A stretch of 64,000 nt of DNA from assembly GCF_009914755.1 (NCBI RefSeq), contig NC_060932.1. One strand, 5' to 3'. The notes under the pieces were generated by a model, which saw only the letters and a list, made by a program, of their open reading frames with translations, was not told the DNA's origin and did no database searches. Numbering within the stretch: position 1 is the stretch's first letter; every line of letters begins with the position of its first letter. Position numbers and translations under genes: made by a program. This stretch comes from the human T2T-CHM13v2.0 reference genome, Homo sapiens. Of the stretch, positions 45,740 to 64,000 are shown piece by piece.

Positions 45740-46650
45740 AAGCGGCGGGAGGAGGTTGAAAACGATCTCCAATCTCCTCGGTTTCCTTCCCAATCCTTTG
45801 CATCAGGTTGATTTCCTCCAGGCCCCTTCCTGAAAGTTCTGCAGGTGACGCAGCCCCGCGCCGGCCGCCGCCGGGAAGATTCGAGAGGCCATCGGCCAGG
45901 GAGCGGCGGCGTCGGGTTTCCGCGCTGCTCCCCCCACTGCGAGTGCGGACGAGGATGCCGGGCCGCGTCTGTCCTGCGGCTCGCTGGGGCCCGGCAGCCC
46001 CTCTGCAGCGCGGTGCGAGTTCCTGGAAAGGCTGCGTTTGCGCTCCCCGGCCCTGCCCTCGAGGCGGGGACAACCCGCGGCTTCAGCCCGGCGTCCCCCT
46101 CCTGCTCGGTCCTCAACCCCGGCTGCGGCCGGCGGAAGCGCCCGGGCCTGGGAGGGAGAGGGAGGCACCTCCCTGCCGGCTCAACCCCCTGGGCAAGGGG
46201 CCGGGAGGGCGCGGCTGGGACGTGCCCGGGCCCACGAAGGCCTCCGCCCCACCCCTGCGCGCCGCCTGCAGGGGAGACCGGGCAGGGCGCCCCCCGCCTC
46301 CCAGGCCGCTCGCTGCAGGCTGCCGGCCGTGCGCAGGGGACCAGGCAAGGGGGCAGGCCATGCCTGCGGCCGCAACGCTCGGGTCTCGCTGCCGGCGGCT
46401 GGACCGGCCCCTTTGTCCCGTAGTCCTGCTCCGCCGGGGATCCTGGGGAGCCAAACCGAGCGCGCGCGCTGGCATCTGTGTGGACAGCGGGGGAGGCTGC
46501 CCGGTCTGATCCGTTGGCGCGCGCCCTGGCACGGCGTCCCCACGGCCTCTCCGGGGCCCGATCCCCGGCAGGCCTGAGCACTGAGCACTGCACCCGCTTT
46601 TCTTTGGGCGCGTGGCTCGTCCTCGGCCTGCTGCGGCCCCCTCCTTGCCC
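45740..46650. promoter_or_regulatory. Orphan CpG island
   Basis: ~900 bp that is GC- and CpG-rich, with no recognisable exon or CDS. Confidence 0.8.
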
Positions 46651-46685
46651 TGGCTTTGTTTTTCTTTTTCTTTCTTTCGTTTTCT

Positions 46686-46739
<54 letters not shown>

Positions 46740-47378
46740 AGACAGGGTGCTGTGTGGCCCAGGCTGGGGGGCGGTGGCGTGACTACGGCTCACTGCAGCC
46801 CTAAGCTCCCAGGTTCAAGCGATCCAGCTGCCCCAGCCTCCTGAGTAGCTGGGACTCACATGCGCGCCACCACACCCAACTAATTTTTGAAAAATCTTTT
46901 TTTAGAGACAGGTTCCTGCTATGGGGCTTGCCCAAGCTGGTCTTGAACTCCTGGGCTCAAGCGATCCTCCTGCCTCAGCCTCCTAAAGGGCTGGGATTAC
47001 AGGCATGAGTCACCGCGCCCGGCCAACCCCACTGTTTTTCTACCTCAGCTTCTTTGTCTAAGTCTGATCCACCAAAGGCCTTGGGCCCATCTTTCACCTC
47101 CATCTGTAAACCCATCCCTGCCAGCCCCGCACTCTGCCCTGCAGACACACATGCCCGAGGCGAAATCCAAGTTTACTTCCACTTTGACGGTAGGACAAGA
47201 TCCTGCCCTCTCATTGTCACCCCAAAATATTCCCAAAGGCAAGAAGAGTTGACTCTTGCTCTATTACCCTGGGCCCGCTGCTGCGTAATTTGCAGGGCCC
47301 AGTGAAAAATGAAATTGAGCAGAGACGGAGCCACTGCATTCCAGCCTGGGTAAGAGAGCTAGACGCTGTCTCAAATAG

Positions 47379-47921
<543 letters not shown>

Positions 47922-48079
47922 TAAACCGAACCTCGTACCCTTCAAAGTCAGGATGCTTTGCAGCTATGCAGGTGGAACCCTCCCGAAGCCAGGCTTGCCA
48001 GCAGCCTTTCAAAGCATCTCCTCACAAAATATTTCAGTAATTAGAAAGCCCTTAGAAGTAATTTTACCATGGTGAGACC

Positions 48080-48840
<761 letters not shown>

Positions 48841-50105
48841 GAAAGAATAAAATTTACCATCACAACCCCCCCTCCACACCAGCTTTCCCTCAATAGCAGC
48901 GACATTCCCCGAGTCACCCGAGCTTAAACACTTCAGTATCATCTTTGATTCCTCTCCCATCCCTCCCCTGCCCACTTCCCCACCACCCTAAGTCCTGCTA
49001 ATTCTTTTTAAAATACCTCTCACATAGCTACCTTTTTAATTAAATCTCCAAATTAAAAAAAAATGACTCTACCTACCTCACATAATCATTTTAAGTAGTG
49101 TCTGTGAAGAGAATTTGTATACCTAAAGTACTGTATAAACACAAGATCTTCTTGCACCAACTCAAGCCTGGATTACTGCTGTTTACTGCTGCAATCTCCT
49201 AACGGGTCTTCCTGTCTCTCCTTGCTCCCTTTACCAACCCATCCTGTATAGGGTTACCGGAGTAATCTGCCTAAAAGCACATTTTATCCTTTCAAGACCT
49301 TGCTTCCCACGGTCCACTGCAGGACTTAATCCATGTTCCCTGGGAAGACTGTGGTCTATGAGCTGAACCAAAACGGTCTGCCCTTGTATCAGATAACCCT
49401 GACCTTTCCCCAATTCATAGAGAAAAGAAGTTAGTGGATAGAACTTTCTCAGTTTGTAAATATTTTTTCCCTATATGTACTTGTTTTTCTGTAGTAGTAA
49501 ATCCAAGCTTTCGTCTGCTACTCTTGTAGATGACAAAATGAATGATTAAGCAGCAAATAAATCATAAAGATTTGACCACAGCAGATCATATTTACTTCGA
49601 TAGATTGGTTTTCTCATGGGCACATACGGGTGGTTGTGATTTTTATAATGCACGTCAATTAATTATATAGCCATTTTCCTTCTTCAAAAGCGTTTCTGTT
49701 TGTTTTGTGATGGAATGCAATATATCAAAATTTTATCATGAATAAGTTAGAGAAAACACCGCCCTCCCGAACAAATACTTGGCCTCTTATTCACAGTTTT
49801 TCCAGCCAGATCACAGCTACTCCCCTTGATAGCAAAGTTGTCTAATCTCTGTTCATTTTTGCTTTCTTATTTGTTTGCTTTGCATAAACCACTCCATGTC
49901 CCTGGTACTCTCCCCCTATTCCTGACTGCAGAAACCTCCCCAACCTTAAAAGACCAAATTAACTCTCTACTTGGTGAAAACTTCAAAAATCATGATGACT
50001 CCTTCTAACTCAGAGCATGTCTTGCCTCTGCTAGTCATCTGGCACTTAATCAAGTACTGCCCAGTGGATTCTTACTTTTTTGTGTGCTCAGCTGTAGTTA
50101 ACTCA

Positions 50106-50539
<434 letters not shown>

Positions 50540-50638
50540 TTAGGAGTTCAGATTTTGTTTTGCAGCACAGGGTTTCCTACTTTACAAGCTTTAATAGGCA
50601 TACGAATGGAGGGAGAGCTTATTAAACATGCAGATTCT

Positions 50639-50742
50639 GTGCTTGCCTCAGCAGTGCATATACTACAATTGAAATGATACAGAGATTAGCATGGCCCCTG
50701 TGGGAGGATGACACGCCAATACATGAAGCATTCCATGTCTTT
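50639..50742 (+). pseudogene. U6 snRNA retro-pseudogene (full length, diverged)
   Basis: GTGCTTGCCTCAGCAGTGCATATACTACAATTGAAATGATACAGAGATTAGCATGGCCCCTGTGGGAGGATGACACGCCAATACATGAAGCATTCCATGTCTTT aligns end to end with U6. It shows CpG decay and a 3-nt deletion after ACAGAGA. Confidence 0.95.
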
Positions 50743-50751
50743 AAAGAAATC

Positions 50752-51070
<319 letters not shown>

Positions 51071-51637
51071 AAGAAATCATGGGGATTCTGATTCATTAGG
51101 CTTGGGGTAGGGACCAAGCTTCTGCATTTCTAACATGTGCCCCATTAATGCCAATGCATTTTCTCTACTAGCCTTGTAGATGACAAAATGAATGAACAAG
51201 CGGCAAATAAATCATAAAGATTCGGCCACAGCAGATCATATTTACAACAGCTTGGTTTTCTCATGGGCACGGAAGAATCACCCCATAGCAAGGCTGTAGG
51301 GAAAGCGGAGATAAATGTATCCTTCTTTAAAGAAGGGAGTGACTTAGAAAAGAAACAAAACAAGCAGACTAAAACTTTAATATTTTATGAAAGTCTGCAA
51401 GTCACTCATAGCATATTTGGAAAAACTTGTCGGATTATATTTACTTTGTTTAACAACATGCAGCAATTGGAATGTAGATGCTGTATGGAGAGTTTTGGCA
51501 CCAACCTTCCAGAAGTCTGGGCTAGAGGCTTTATCGACCCTTGGTAATCAATTTGGACTCTACTTCCTTGACTCACCCTCGAACCCCTACCCTGTTTTTT
51601 TTGTTTTGTTTTGTTTTCTCAAGGTCCATCATTTTAA

Positions 51638-51877
<240 letters not shown>

Positions 51878-52428
51878 TGACCTCAAGCAATCCGCCTGCT
51901 TCGGCCTCCCAAAATGCTGGGATTACAGGCATGAGCCACCTTGCCCAGCCTAATCCATCCATTTATTTTCATCAATACCACTGTCCTTAATCTAGTCCCA
52001 AATTATTGCTGCAGCATCTAAAGTCATTTATCTACCTACAGTTTTTCTCCCTCAGATCTATCCTATGTCCCATGAATCTTCTAAAAATATTTCTTTTATC
52101 ATATCACTTCTGTACGCAGGAACCCACAAAGGCTCTGGTAGCAAACTTTTTCCCCCCTTTGTCCTCTTGCTACTACTGTTACCTCCTACTCTGTGTCTAT
52201 CCAAGCATCACCCTTCTTGCTTCCAGGCCTAGGTCAAGATTCACCTTCCTGTAGCCGGGTGCGGTGGCTCACGCCTGTCATCCCAGTGCTTTGGGAGGCC
52301 GAGGCAGGCGGATCACTTGAGGTCAGGAGTTCAAGACCAGCCTGGTCAACATGGTGAAACCCCATCTCTACTAAACATACAAAAATTAGCCGGGTATGGT
52401 GGCACACACCTATAGTCTCAGCTACTCA

Positions 52429-52560
<132 letters not shown>

Positions 52561-52564
52561 TCAG

Positions 52565-53330
<766 letters not shown>

Positions 53331-53892
53331 TGGTTGGTTACTTTTTTTTTTTTTTTTTTGAGACAGAGTCTTGCTCTGTTGCTAGGCTGGAGTGCAGTGG
53401 TGTGCCTCCCGGGTTCAACCGATTCTCCTGCCTCAGCCTCCCGTGTAGCTGGGACTACTGGCGCGCCGCCACCTTGCCCAGCTAATTTTTGTATTTTAGT
53501 AGAGACGAGGTTTCAACATGTTGACCAGGCTGGTCTCGAGCTCCTGACCTCGTGATCCACCCGGCTCGGACTTCCAAAGTACTGGGATTACAGGTGTGAG
53601 CGAGCGCGCCCCGCCAGTTGGTTACCTTTTAAAGTGGTTATGTTTCTTTAGACTATAAGTTGTTCAAAAACTGACAATGTGATTATTTGCTTGAATGATG
53701 CTAATGGAATCAAAGACTTGAGTGGAATAAGTGAGTGATTCTCTAAGGGTGTCAGCATATATATTCAAAATTTCCCAGAGCCCCTCCGTAGTAGTAGGGA
53801 AAGCTGTGTTTTCAGGAACGCCAGTCCTGTTTGAGTTTTTGAGACACAAATGGGCAGTAGTGATGTGCCCTGAACTCAAATAAGAGGGGAAG

Positions 53893-53911
53893 AAGCGCCC
53901 TCTTGTGTCCA
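53893..53911 (-). promoter_or_regulatory. Candidate CTCF site
   Basis: Minus strand TGGACACAAGAGGGCGCTT is close to the consensus TGGCCACCAGGGGGCGCTA and lies in unique sequence. Confidence 0.55.
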
Positions 53912-54122
53912 TTCTCAGCTGGTGTCAGTGACTACAGAAGCCTGCTGAGAAATGTACATTTCGGATCTTCCAAAGACATTCCAATGACAGTGCTACTGTC
54001 AAACGCCAATCATGTGTCTACTACGTGAAAGAAAATGTGGAAATATGGAATGAATGAAACTGGAATGCTTTGAAGAATTTCCAACCTAGTGGGGAGATAA
54101 GATACATGCAGAAATCACTTGA

Positions 54123-54851
<729 letters not shown>

Positions 54852-55092
54852 TAGCTTCCGCTGTCCGTCATGCACACAAAGAAACTTACATAGGTCCCCT
54901 GGTTTTAGGATTTTGCAAATATAATCAGGGTAGGGATGAGTTACAAAGGATTAAGTACCTCTTGAAATCTCTGTTTCTGAGAGCAGCCTTCTGCCATCCT
55001 CTTAGAGCCCTGAGGAGGTGACGCTGCCAACCCTTGGTCTGCATCCTTCTGTCTATCTCTCCCTCTCTCTCTCTCTTTTTTTTTTTTTGTAG

Positions 55093-55302
<210 letters not shown>

Positions 55303-56432
55303 TGAGTAGCTAGGATTACAGGTACCCACCATCACAGCCGGTTAATTTTTGTATTTTTAGTGCAGACAGGGTTTCGCCATGTTGACCAGGGTGGTCTCAA
55401 ATTCCTGACCTCAAGTGATCCACCCGCCTCGGCCTCCCAAAGTGCTGGCTTACAGCCATGAGCCACTGCGCCCGGCCATGCATCCTTCTTTACTGTACTG
55501 GAGCTAACCTCTCTTTTTTTATTTGGCTTTTGCTTGTTTATTTTATTTAGAGACAGAGTCTTGCTCTGTTACTCAGACTAGAGTCTTGAACTCCTGCAGC
55601 TTTGAACACCTGGGTGCAAGTAACCCCTACTGCTTCAGCCTTCCAAGCAGCTGGGACTGCAGTCATGCACCACTGTGCTCAGCTAAGTTTTAAAAAAATT
55701 TTTTGTGGACACGTGGTCTCACTATGTTGCCCAGACTGGTCTAAAACTCCTGGCCTCCAGCAATTCTCCCGCCTCAGCCTTCCAAAGGGCTGGGATGACA
55801 GGCGTTAGCCACCAACCCAGGACTGGTGCTGACCTCTCTTCCTCGGAAGTACTGCTTCTCAGCACAAATGCTGAATGAAGGTGGAATCAAAGCATGGCAG
55901 GAGATAGGGAGAAATACCCAGATAGAAAGAAACCAGAGTTTCTGGGGAAGCTGCAAGGTGGAAAGAGCAGATCTTCGGAGTCAAACACATCTGGGTTGAA
56001 ATCCCAGCTCTGCTTCTTCATAGCTGTGGCCACTTTCAGCACATGAGGATAAAAATACCTACCTATTACCTCGTAAGATTCTTGTGAAGATTGGATAAGA
56101 TAGAGCACAAAAATAGTTGAGGAAGTATCTGGTTTAGTAAATACCTGTCGCTTTCCCCCTTGCCCTCCGCACCTCCTTTGTATCCTGAAGTTTCTGTAAG
56201 TGTCACGGCTCTGTCTGAGGCTTCTAGGTCAGTTGCACAATAACTGAGATGACTTTTATGGCAACAAGAGCTGCATGGGAAGCAGAAGCATCATTGCTTT
56301 GTTGGCATTTTGGGGTAGGGTGGTGTGGGGAAGATATTTCCAAACCATCCTAATTACCTCCCAAAACTCCAGTTTCCCAAGCCAGAAAACTAAGAGTCCT
56401 TAATTTCTCCTCCTCTCTCCTCCTAACTCTAA

Positions 56433-56681
<249 letters not shown>

Positions 56682-57096
56682 TGATCTGCCCACCTCAGCC
56701 TCCCAAAGTGCTGGGATTACAGGCCTGAGCCACCTCACCCGGCTAAGAAAATTCTAAGTTCTGCTATTTCTCCTGAAGACATTCTACAACCTCCTTGTTT
56801 TCTCTTTACCCTCCTCCACTACTTTCAGTTCAAGTCACCAGCATCTTTTCCCTGGAAAACTGTGATGGCCCCAAACTGGTCTTCAGTGTTGCCCCTCTCC
56901 TGCATTATCCAGAAGCCAGAGCTCTTTCAAATGCCAGTCTTAGCAAGTCACTCTCGTCTTTAAAATCCTGTCCTGATTGCTCAGCTATCTTGGAGATAAA
57001 GTCTTAACTGCTCGGCTTGGCTTCCTGTTTGGGCTCCTGGCTACCTTTTCCGCTATCTCTCTTTTCCAACCCTGCTGCAACCCAGCCCCAGTTCTC

Positions 57097-57219
57097 TAGG
57101 GTCCAGCTGCACTGGACATTTTCCAAGGACCACTCACAGTGACAAGGGGTTTCCTGGATGTGGACCTTGTGGTGCTAACGCCAGGACAGCCCTGGCAAAC
57201 CAGGATGCTTGGTCACCCA
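57097..57219. mobile_element. MER81-like hAT MITE
   Basis: TAGGGT... GGGGTTTCCTGGA..GTGCTAA..GGCAAACCAGGATGCTTGGTCACCC with TIR remnants. Confidence 0.5.
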
Positions 57220-57391
57220 GGTTTGGCCTGGGGTCTCTGCTTATTTTATTCCTCTCCTTCCTCTCTCTGGAATGCTCCTCCTTGTACACTCACCTCCTAG
57301 TTACTATGAAATACCATTCATCCCATCCCAGGTTTCTTTATGTTTCTTTCTTTCTTTTTTTTTTTTGTTTCAAGACAGGTTCTCGCTCTGA

Positions 57392-57481
<90 letters not shown>

Positions 57482-58042
57482 TAGTTGGGACTGCAGGCGC
57501 GTGCCACCATGCCTGGCTAAATTTTGTACTTTTTTAATAGAGTCAGGGTTTCACCATGTTGGCCAGACTGATCTCGAACTGCTGACCTCAAGTGATCCAC
57601 CTGCCTCGGCCTCCCAGAGTGCTGAGATGACAGGCGTTGAGTCACCGTGCGTGACCCATCTGGAGTTTCTGCTTGGACATCACTTCTGCAATGCCCCGTG
57701 GAGTGGCTTACTTCTTCCTTCTGTGAGCTCTCACAGCCTGGCTGCTCTGTCTCCTTCGCAGCTATGATCAGCTCATCGAAGGCAGGAACAGTTTCTTTCT
57801 CATACCTGTATTCCCAGGGATTCGCACGAGTCTGGTGCAAAGTGGGCATTCATAAAGTTTTGCTGAATGTGGCCGGGCGCAGTGGCTCACGCCTGTAATT
57901 CCACCACTTTTGGAGGCCGAGGGGGGTGGATCACCTGAGGTCAGGAGTTCTAGACCAGCCTGGCCAACATGGTGAAACCCCATCTCTACTAAAAATACAA
58001 AATTTAGCCAGGCATGATGGCAGGCACCTGTAATCCCAGCTA

Positions 58043-58210
<168 letters not shown>

Positions 58211-58299
58211 TTACCTGGTTCCTACCACAATGGGAGATGTGCCACTTCACATGCCTGTGTCCTATGTATGGCAAGGGTTGCCCAGGGAATCATCCTGAG

Positions 58300-58814
58300 G
58301 CAGAGAGTCTACCCCAAAATGATCACAAGACTATTTCCCATCCCACATGTTCTTCTAGAACCTTGCAGCTCTCCCAAGTCTGTGTCCTCTCTGCTTGAAA
58401 TTGGACAAACCCCTCCGGCCAGCTGGGGATGGTGGAAGAGACTAGGAGACTTCCAAGGCTGGGACCTCAAAGCTGATTCCGGTTCAGTTTGGCTCTCTCT
58501 TGGGACCCTCATCCTTAGAACCCAACCCCGCTGCCAATGAGAACCCCAGGCCATATGGAGAGGTAAAGAGGCCCCGCCCTCAGTCCTGGCTGAGCTCTCA
58601 GTGGGTGGCACACACCCACTTTCCAGCCATGTCCCTGTATCCCCTCGGACATGGATCCCGCAGCCCTCGGTTGAGAGGACCCGGAGGATGCTGTGTGGGT
58701 CGGAGACAAGCCCTCCCCACAGAGCCCAAACCACAGATTCATGAGGAAAATGACAGACTTGTTGCAAGCAAGTGCATTCAGGGTGATTTGTTACCTGTAG
58801 ATAACCCAAATACA
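58300..58814 (+). mobile_element. MLT1 (H-like) MaLR LTR
   Basis: Ends AGATTCATGAG...TGATTTGTTAC..TAGATAACCCAAATACA. Confidence 0.65.
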
Positions 58815-59270
58815 GCTTAAGACAACATGCAGGCCGGGCGTGGGGGCTCACGCCTGGAATCCCGGTACTTGGGGGGGCCAAGGCGGGAAGACTGCTTGAG
58901 CCCAGGAGTTCAAGACCAGCCTGGGCAACATAGGGAGACCCCATCTCTACAAAAAATTAAAAAATTAGCTGGGTGTGGTGGCACATGCCTGTAATCCCAG
59001 CTACTCAGGAGGCTGAGGTGGGAGGACCACTTGGAACCTGGGAGGTCGAGGCTGCAGTGAGCTGTGAAGGGGCCACTGCACTCAGCCTGGGCCACAGAGA
59101 GAGGTCCTATCTCAAAAAAAAGACAACACACAGTCTCTGGCACTGGAGGAGCCCTTCTTTCTCCTGATATGTCCTTGCCCCAGGGGATCTTGGCTTATTC
59201 TGAAAGGGGCTGGGAATGGACTCTGGTCTGGCCCATTCAAACATCTGCCTGCAATGTGACAGGCTCATGA

Positions 59271-59765
<495 letters not shown>

Positions 59766-60283
59766 TGAGTAGCTGGGACTACAGGTGTCTGCCACCACAC
59801 CCGGCTAATTTTTGTATTTTTAGTAGAGATGGAGTTTCCACATGTTGGCCAGGCTGGTCTCGAACTCCTGGCCTCAAGTGATCCATCCACCTTGGCCTCC
59901 CAAAGTGCTGGGACTACAAGCGTGAGCCATGATGCCCAGCCTGTTCTTCTTCTTCTTCTTCTTCTTCTTTTTTTTTTTTTTTTTTGACAGGGTCTTGCTC
60001 TGTTGCCCAGGCTGGATGGCAGTGGCGCAATCACAGCTCACTGTAGCCTTGACTTCCTGGGCCCAAGCCATCCTCCCGCCTCACCCCCTGAGTAGCTGGG
60101 ACCGCAGGCACATGCTACCTGGCTGATTGTTCTTTGATTTTTTGTAGAATCAAGGTCTCCCTACGTTACTCAGGCTGATCTTGAACTCTCAGGCTCAAAC
60201 TTGGCCTCATAAAGTGTTGGGATTACAGGCATGAACCCCCGCACCCAGCTAACATTTGTTTTTCTATCATTCTGCTTTACCTA

Positions 60284-60649
<366 letters not shown>

Positions 60650-60799
60650 TTAGTTCAGAATGTATGACTAATATATTTGCAGCTAAGTGATATTTTCTGT
60701 TTTCTAATAACTCCTCCACGCCCTTTCCCATTGCTCAAACACAGTGACAGTTCCTCCCCTGGAAGTGTGTGCTTTTCTTCCGCTGTGCTGGTCATTCCC

Positions 60800-62505
<1,706 letters not shown>

Positions 62506-62599
62506 CTCACCCACCCAATATTACCAATGGTGCCATCATATGTCCCATCACCAACCTCATGATATCTATCATCATGTTTCTACATCCGTAAATCTGTCC

Positions 62600-62921
62600 A
62601 CATTTATGCCATGAATTCCTTTTTACTGAAATACCGTAGGACTCACTACCACAATAAGTACTTAAGCTGAAAGAGTTTCTAATGGGAGCCAAGTAAATTC
62701 AGCTCTCCACTGTGCAAAGCATCTTGTCATTTCTATAATAAAAGTCTTCCCATGTTCAGTCCACTTTGGCTCTGGAACCTGGATGAGTCATGCTTGGGGC
62801 CCAGGGTGCCTGTGAGGATGCTGCATGAGAATTTCAGCTGTGGTGGCAGTGGCTGGGAGTCCCACTGACTCAGGGGGAGGCCAGGCGAGATGAGCTGGAA
62901 CTTTTAGGGGAGAGCTGGCAC
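62600..62921 (-). other. FBXO16: FBXO16 3' UTR
   Basis: Follows the TAA. The end is estimated from a variant polyA signal AGTAAA (+ strand TTTACT 62622-62627). Confidence 0.7.
62622..62627 (-). terminator. FBXO16: Probable non-canonical polyadenylation signal AGTAAA of FBXO16
   Basis: No AATAAA seen on the minus strand between the stop codon and the repeat block at ~62.5 kb. AGTAAA and CATAAA (62603-62608) are recognised variants. Confidence 0.5.
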
Positions 62922-62931
62922 TTAGGGACAT
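62922..62931 (-). CDS. FBXO16: FBXO16 last exon, coding part (completes Leu, then Cys-Pro-stop)
   Basis: Acceptor TTTTTCCTTTCTAG|A TGT CCC TAA. Joined to the microexon it gives CT|A TGT CCC TAA = L C P stop. Confidence 0.9.
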
Positions 62932-63572
62932 CTAGAAAGGAAAAAGGAATCATGAAAGCGAGGGTTATTGAAATACCAAGGGAGCTATCTAGTTAAACTT
63001 ATTTTTAATGACATAAAACAATTTTACAAAATTATAGGGCTGGATGGGATTTATTGAGATTTCCCAACTTCACTCCCCTCTGCCCCCATGCAATCTTCAC
63101 CCTGAGCTACAGATAATACGGTCTTTAGCGTCCAAAGTGCTCTCACTAACTTTATTTCATCTGAACCTCAAGATCACATGTGGTAGAGAGGATAGTATTA
63201 ATAAGTTTCATTTTGCAAATAAATGAAACTGAGGAATTTGAGTGACAGTCCAAGTTCACACCGCTAAAAAGTGTCACAGCTGGGGCTAGAGACTTGGGAT
63301 TTTTAGATGAGAGTATTGACATCATTCCCATATTTTAATTTTAAATATTTTTTAAAATAGATATTTTTTAGAGATGAGGTCTCCCTATGTTGCCCAGGCT
63401 GGTCTTGAATTCTTTGATCCTCTCGCCTCTGCCTCCCAAAGTGCTGAGATTATCAGCGTGAGCCACTGTGCCCAGCCTGTTCCCATAATTTACACTCTCC
63501 ATTAATCAATACATGCACACGATCTCTCTAAAAAGGCAAATGTCACAGGTTGATATCACAACTGAAACTCAC

Positions 63573-63598
63573 AGTGGGAAGGGATTTCTCCTCGACAT
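63573..63598 (-). CDS. FBXO16: FBXO16 penultimate coding exon (26-nt microexon, MSRRNPFP-L)
   Basis: Minus strand: polypyrimidine tract ...GGCCAG|ATGTCGAGGAGAAATCCCTTCCCACT|GTGAGT. Matches the recalled human FBXO16 C-terminus ...MSRRNPFPLCP. Confidence 0.9.
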
Positions 63599-64000
63599 CT
63601 GGCCGCGAGCAGGAAAGGGAAGAGAATGGAGAGAGGAAAAGAAAGAAATAATCCGAGCTGAGCTTGAAGGGAGAGAGAGTGAGGCACTCTTCAAAGTTCG
63701 CCTTTATCTTGGTTCCAACTGTGCAAGGAGAGACCTAAGAGGATTGGGCTGAACACAGATATCGTAGCCTCCCCCAAGCACAATGCCCCCCCGTTACTCC
63801 ATACTAAGCTGGCAAGTCACAGGAGTCAGATCAGAGTCCTTGTCACATCTCTCTAACACCGTGGTGGGTGGGTATGTTTGCAATACACAGGGTTTCTGTA
63901 AGTCTATGAAAATCCTACTTTAGACTTTCTTTGACTCATCAATGATATCCGCCGATGACAGCTCCCTGGTCTTCCCCTCCAGCTAACGTGCTCCCTCTCA

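Noticed and set aside
45715-46804. Longest ORFs in the window (up to 292 aa)
   Set aside because: Same CpG-island artefact; no domain-like sequence and no supporting exon structure.
49523-49623. Duplicated 100-bp unit as a snoRNA or miRNA pair
   Set aside because: No proper C box (RTGATGA) with terminal CTGA, no H/ACA layout and no long hairpin visible on either strand.
50639-50742. Functional U6 snRNA gene
   Set aside because: Many substitutions, a deletion next to the ACAGAGA box, no PSE/TATA upstream, and insertion inside a transposon with a TSD.

Overview
Alu-dense primate, almost certainly human, genomic DNA. I recognise it as the ZNF395-FBXO16 interval (chr8p21.1), with both genes on the minus strand. 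The window holds part of ZNF395 intron 1 (1-20.1 kb) and its CpG-island promoter with non-coding first exons (~19.3-20.95 kb). Upstream are a CpG island with a candidate alternative first exon built on an alternating purine-pyrimidine array (~35.4-36.9 kb), an orphan CpG island (~45.7-46.65 kb) and a U6 retrocopy (50.6 kb). The last two exons of FBXO16 lie at 63573-63598 and 62931 downward. Only 36 nt are confidently protein-coding; almost all of the supplied ORFs are Alu, low-complexity or GC-rich artefacts. I see no microbial-type system (no CRISPR array or operon). Three leads stand out: (1) the ~365-bp RY array that is also a cluster of about 20 RCGTG (HIF/AHR/E-box) motifs and ends exactly on a GTAAGT donor; (2) a hidden 47-codon alternative FBXO16 C-terminus masked by a 26-nt frameshifting microexon; (3) an unexplained ~100-bp duplication flanking a MER5A>U6>Alu nested insertion. 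Gene identities and repeat family names come from recall, not from searches, and repeat boundaries are approximate.
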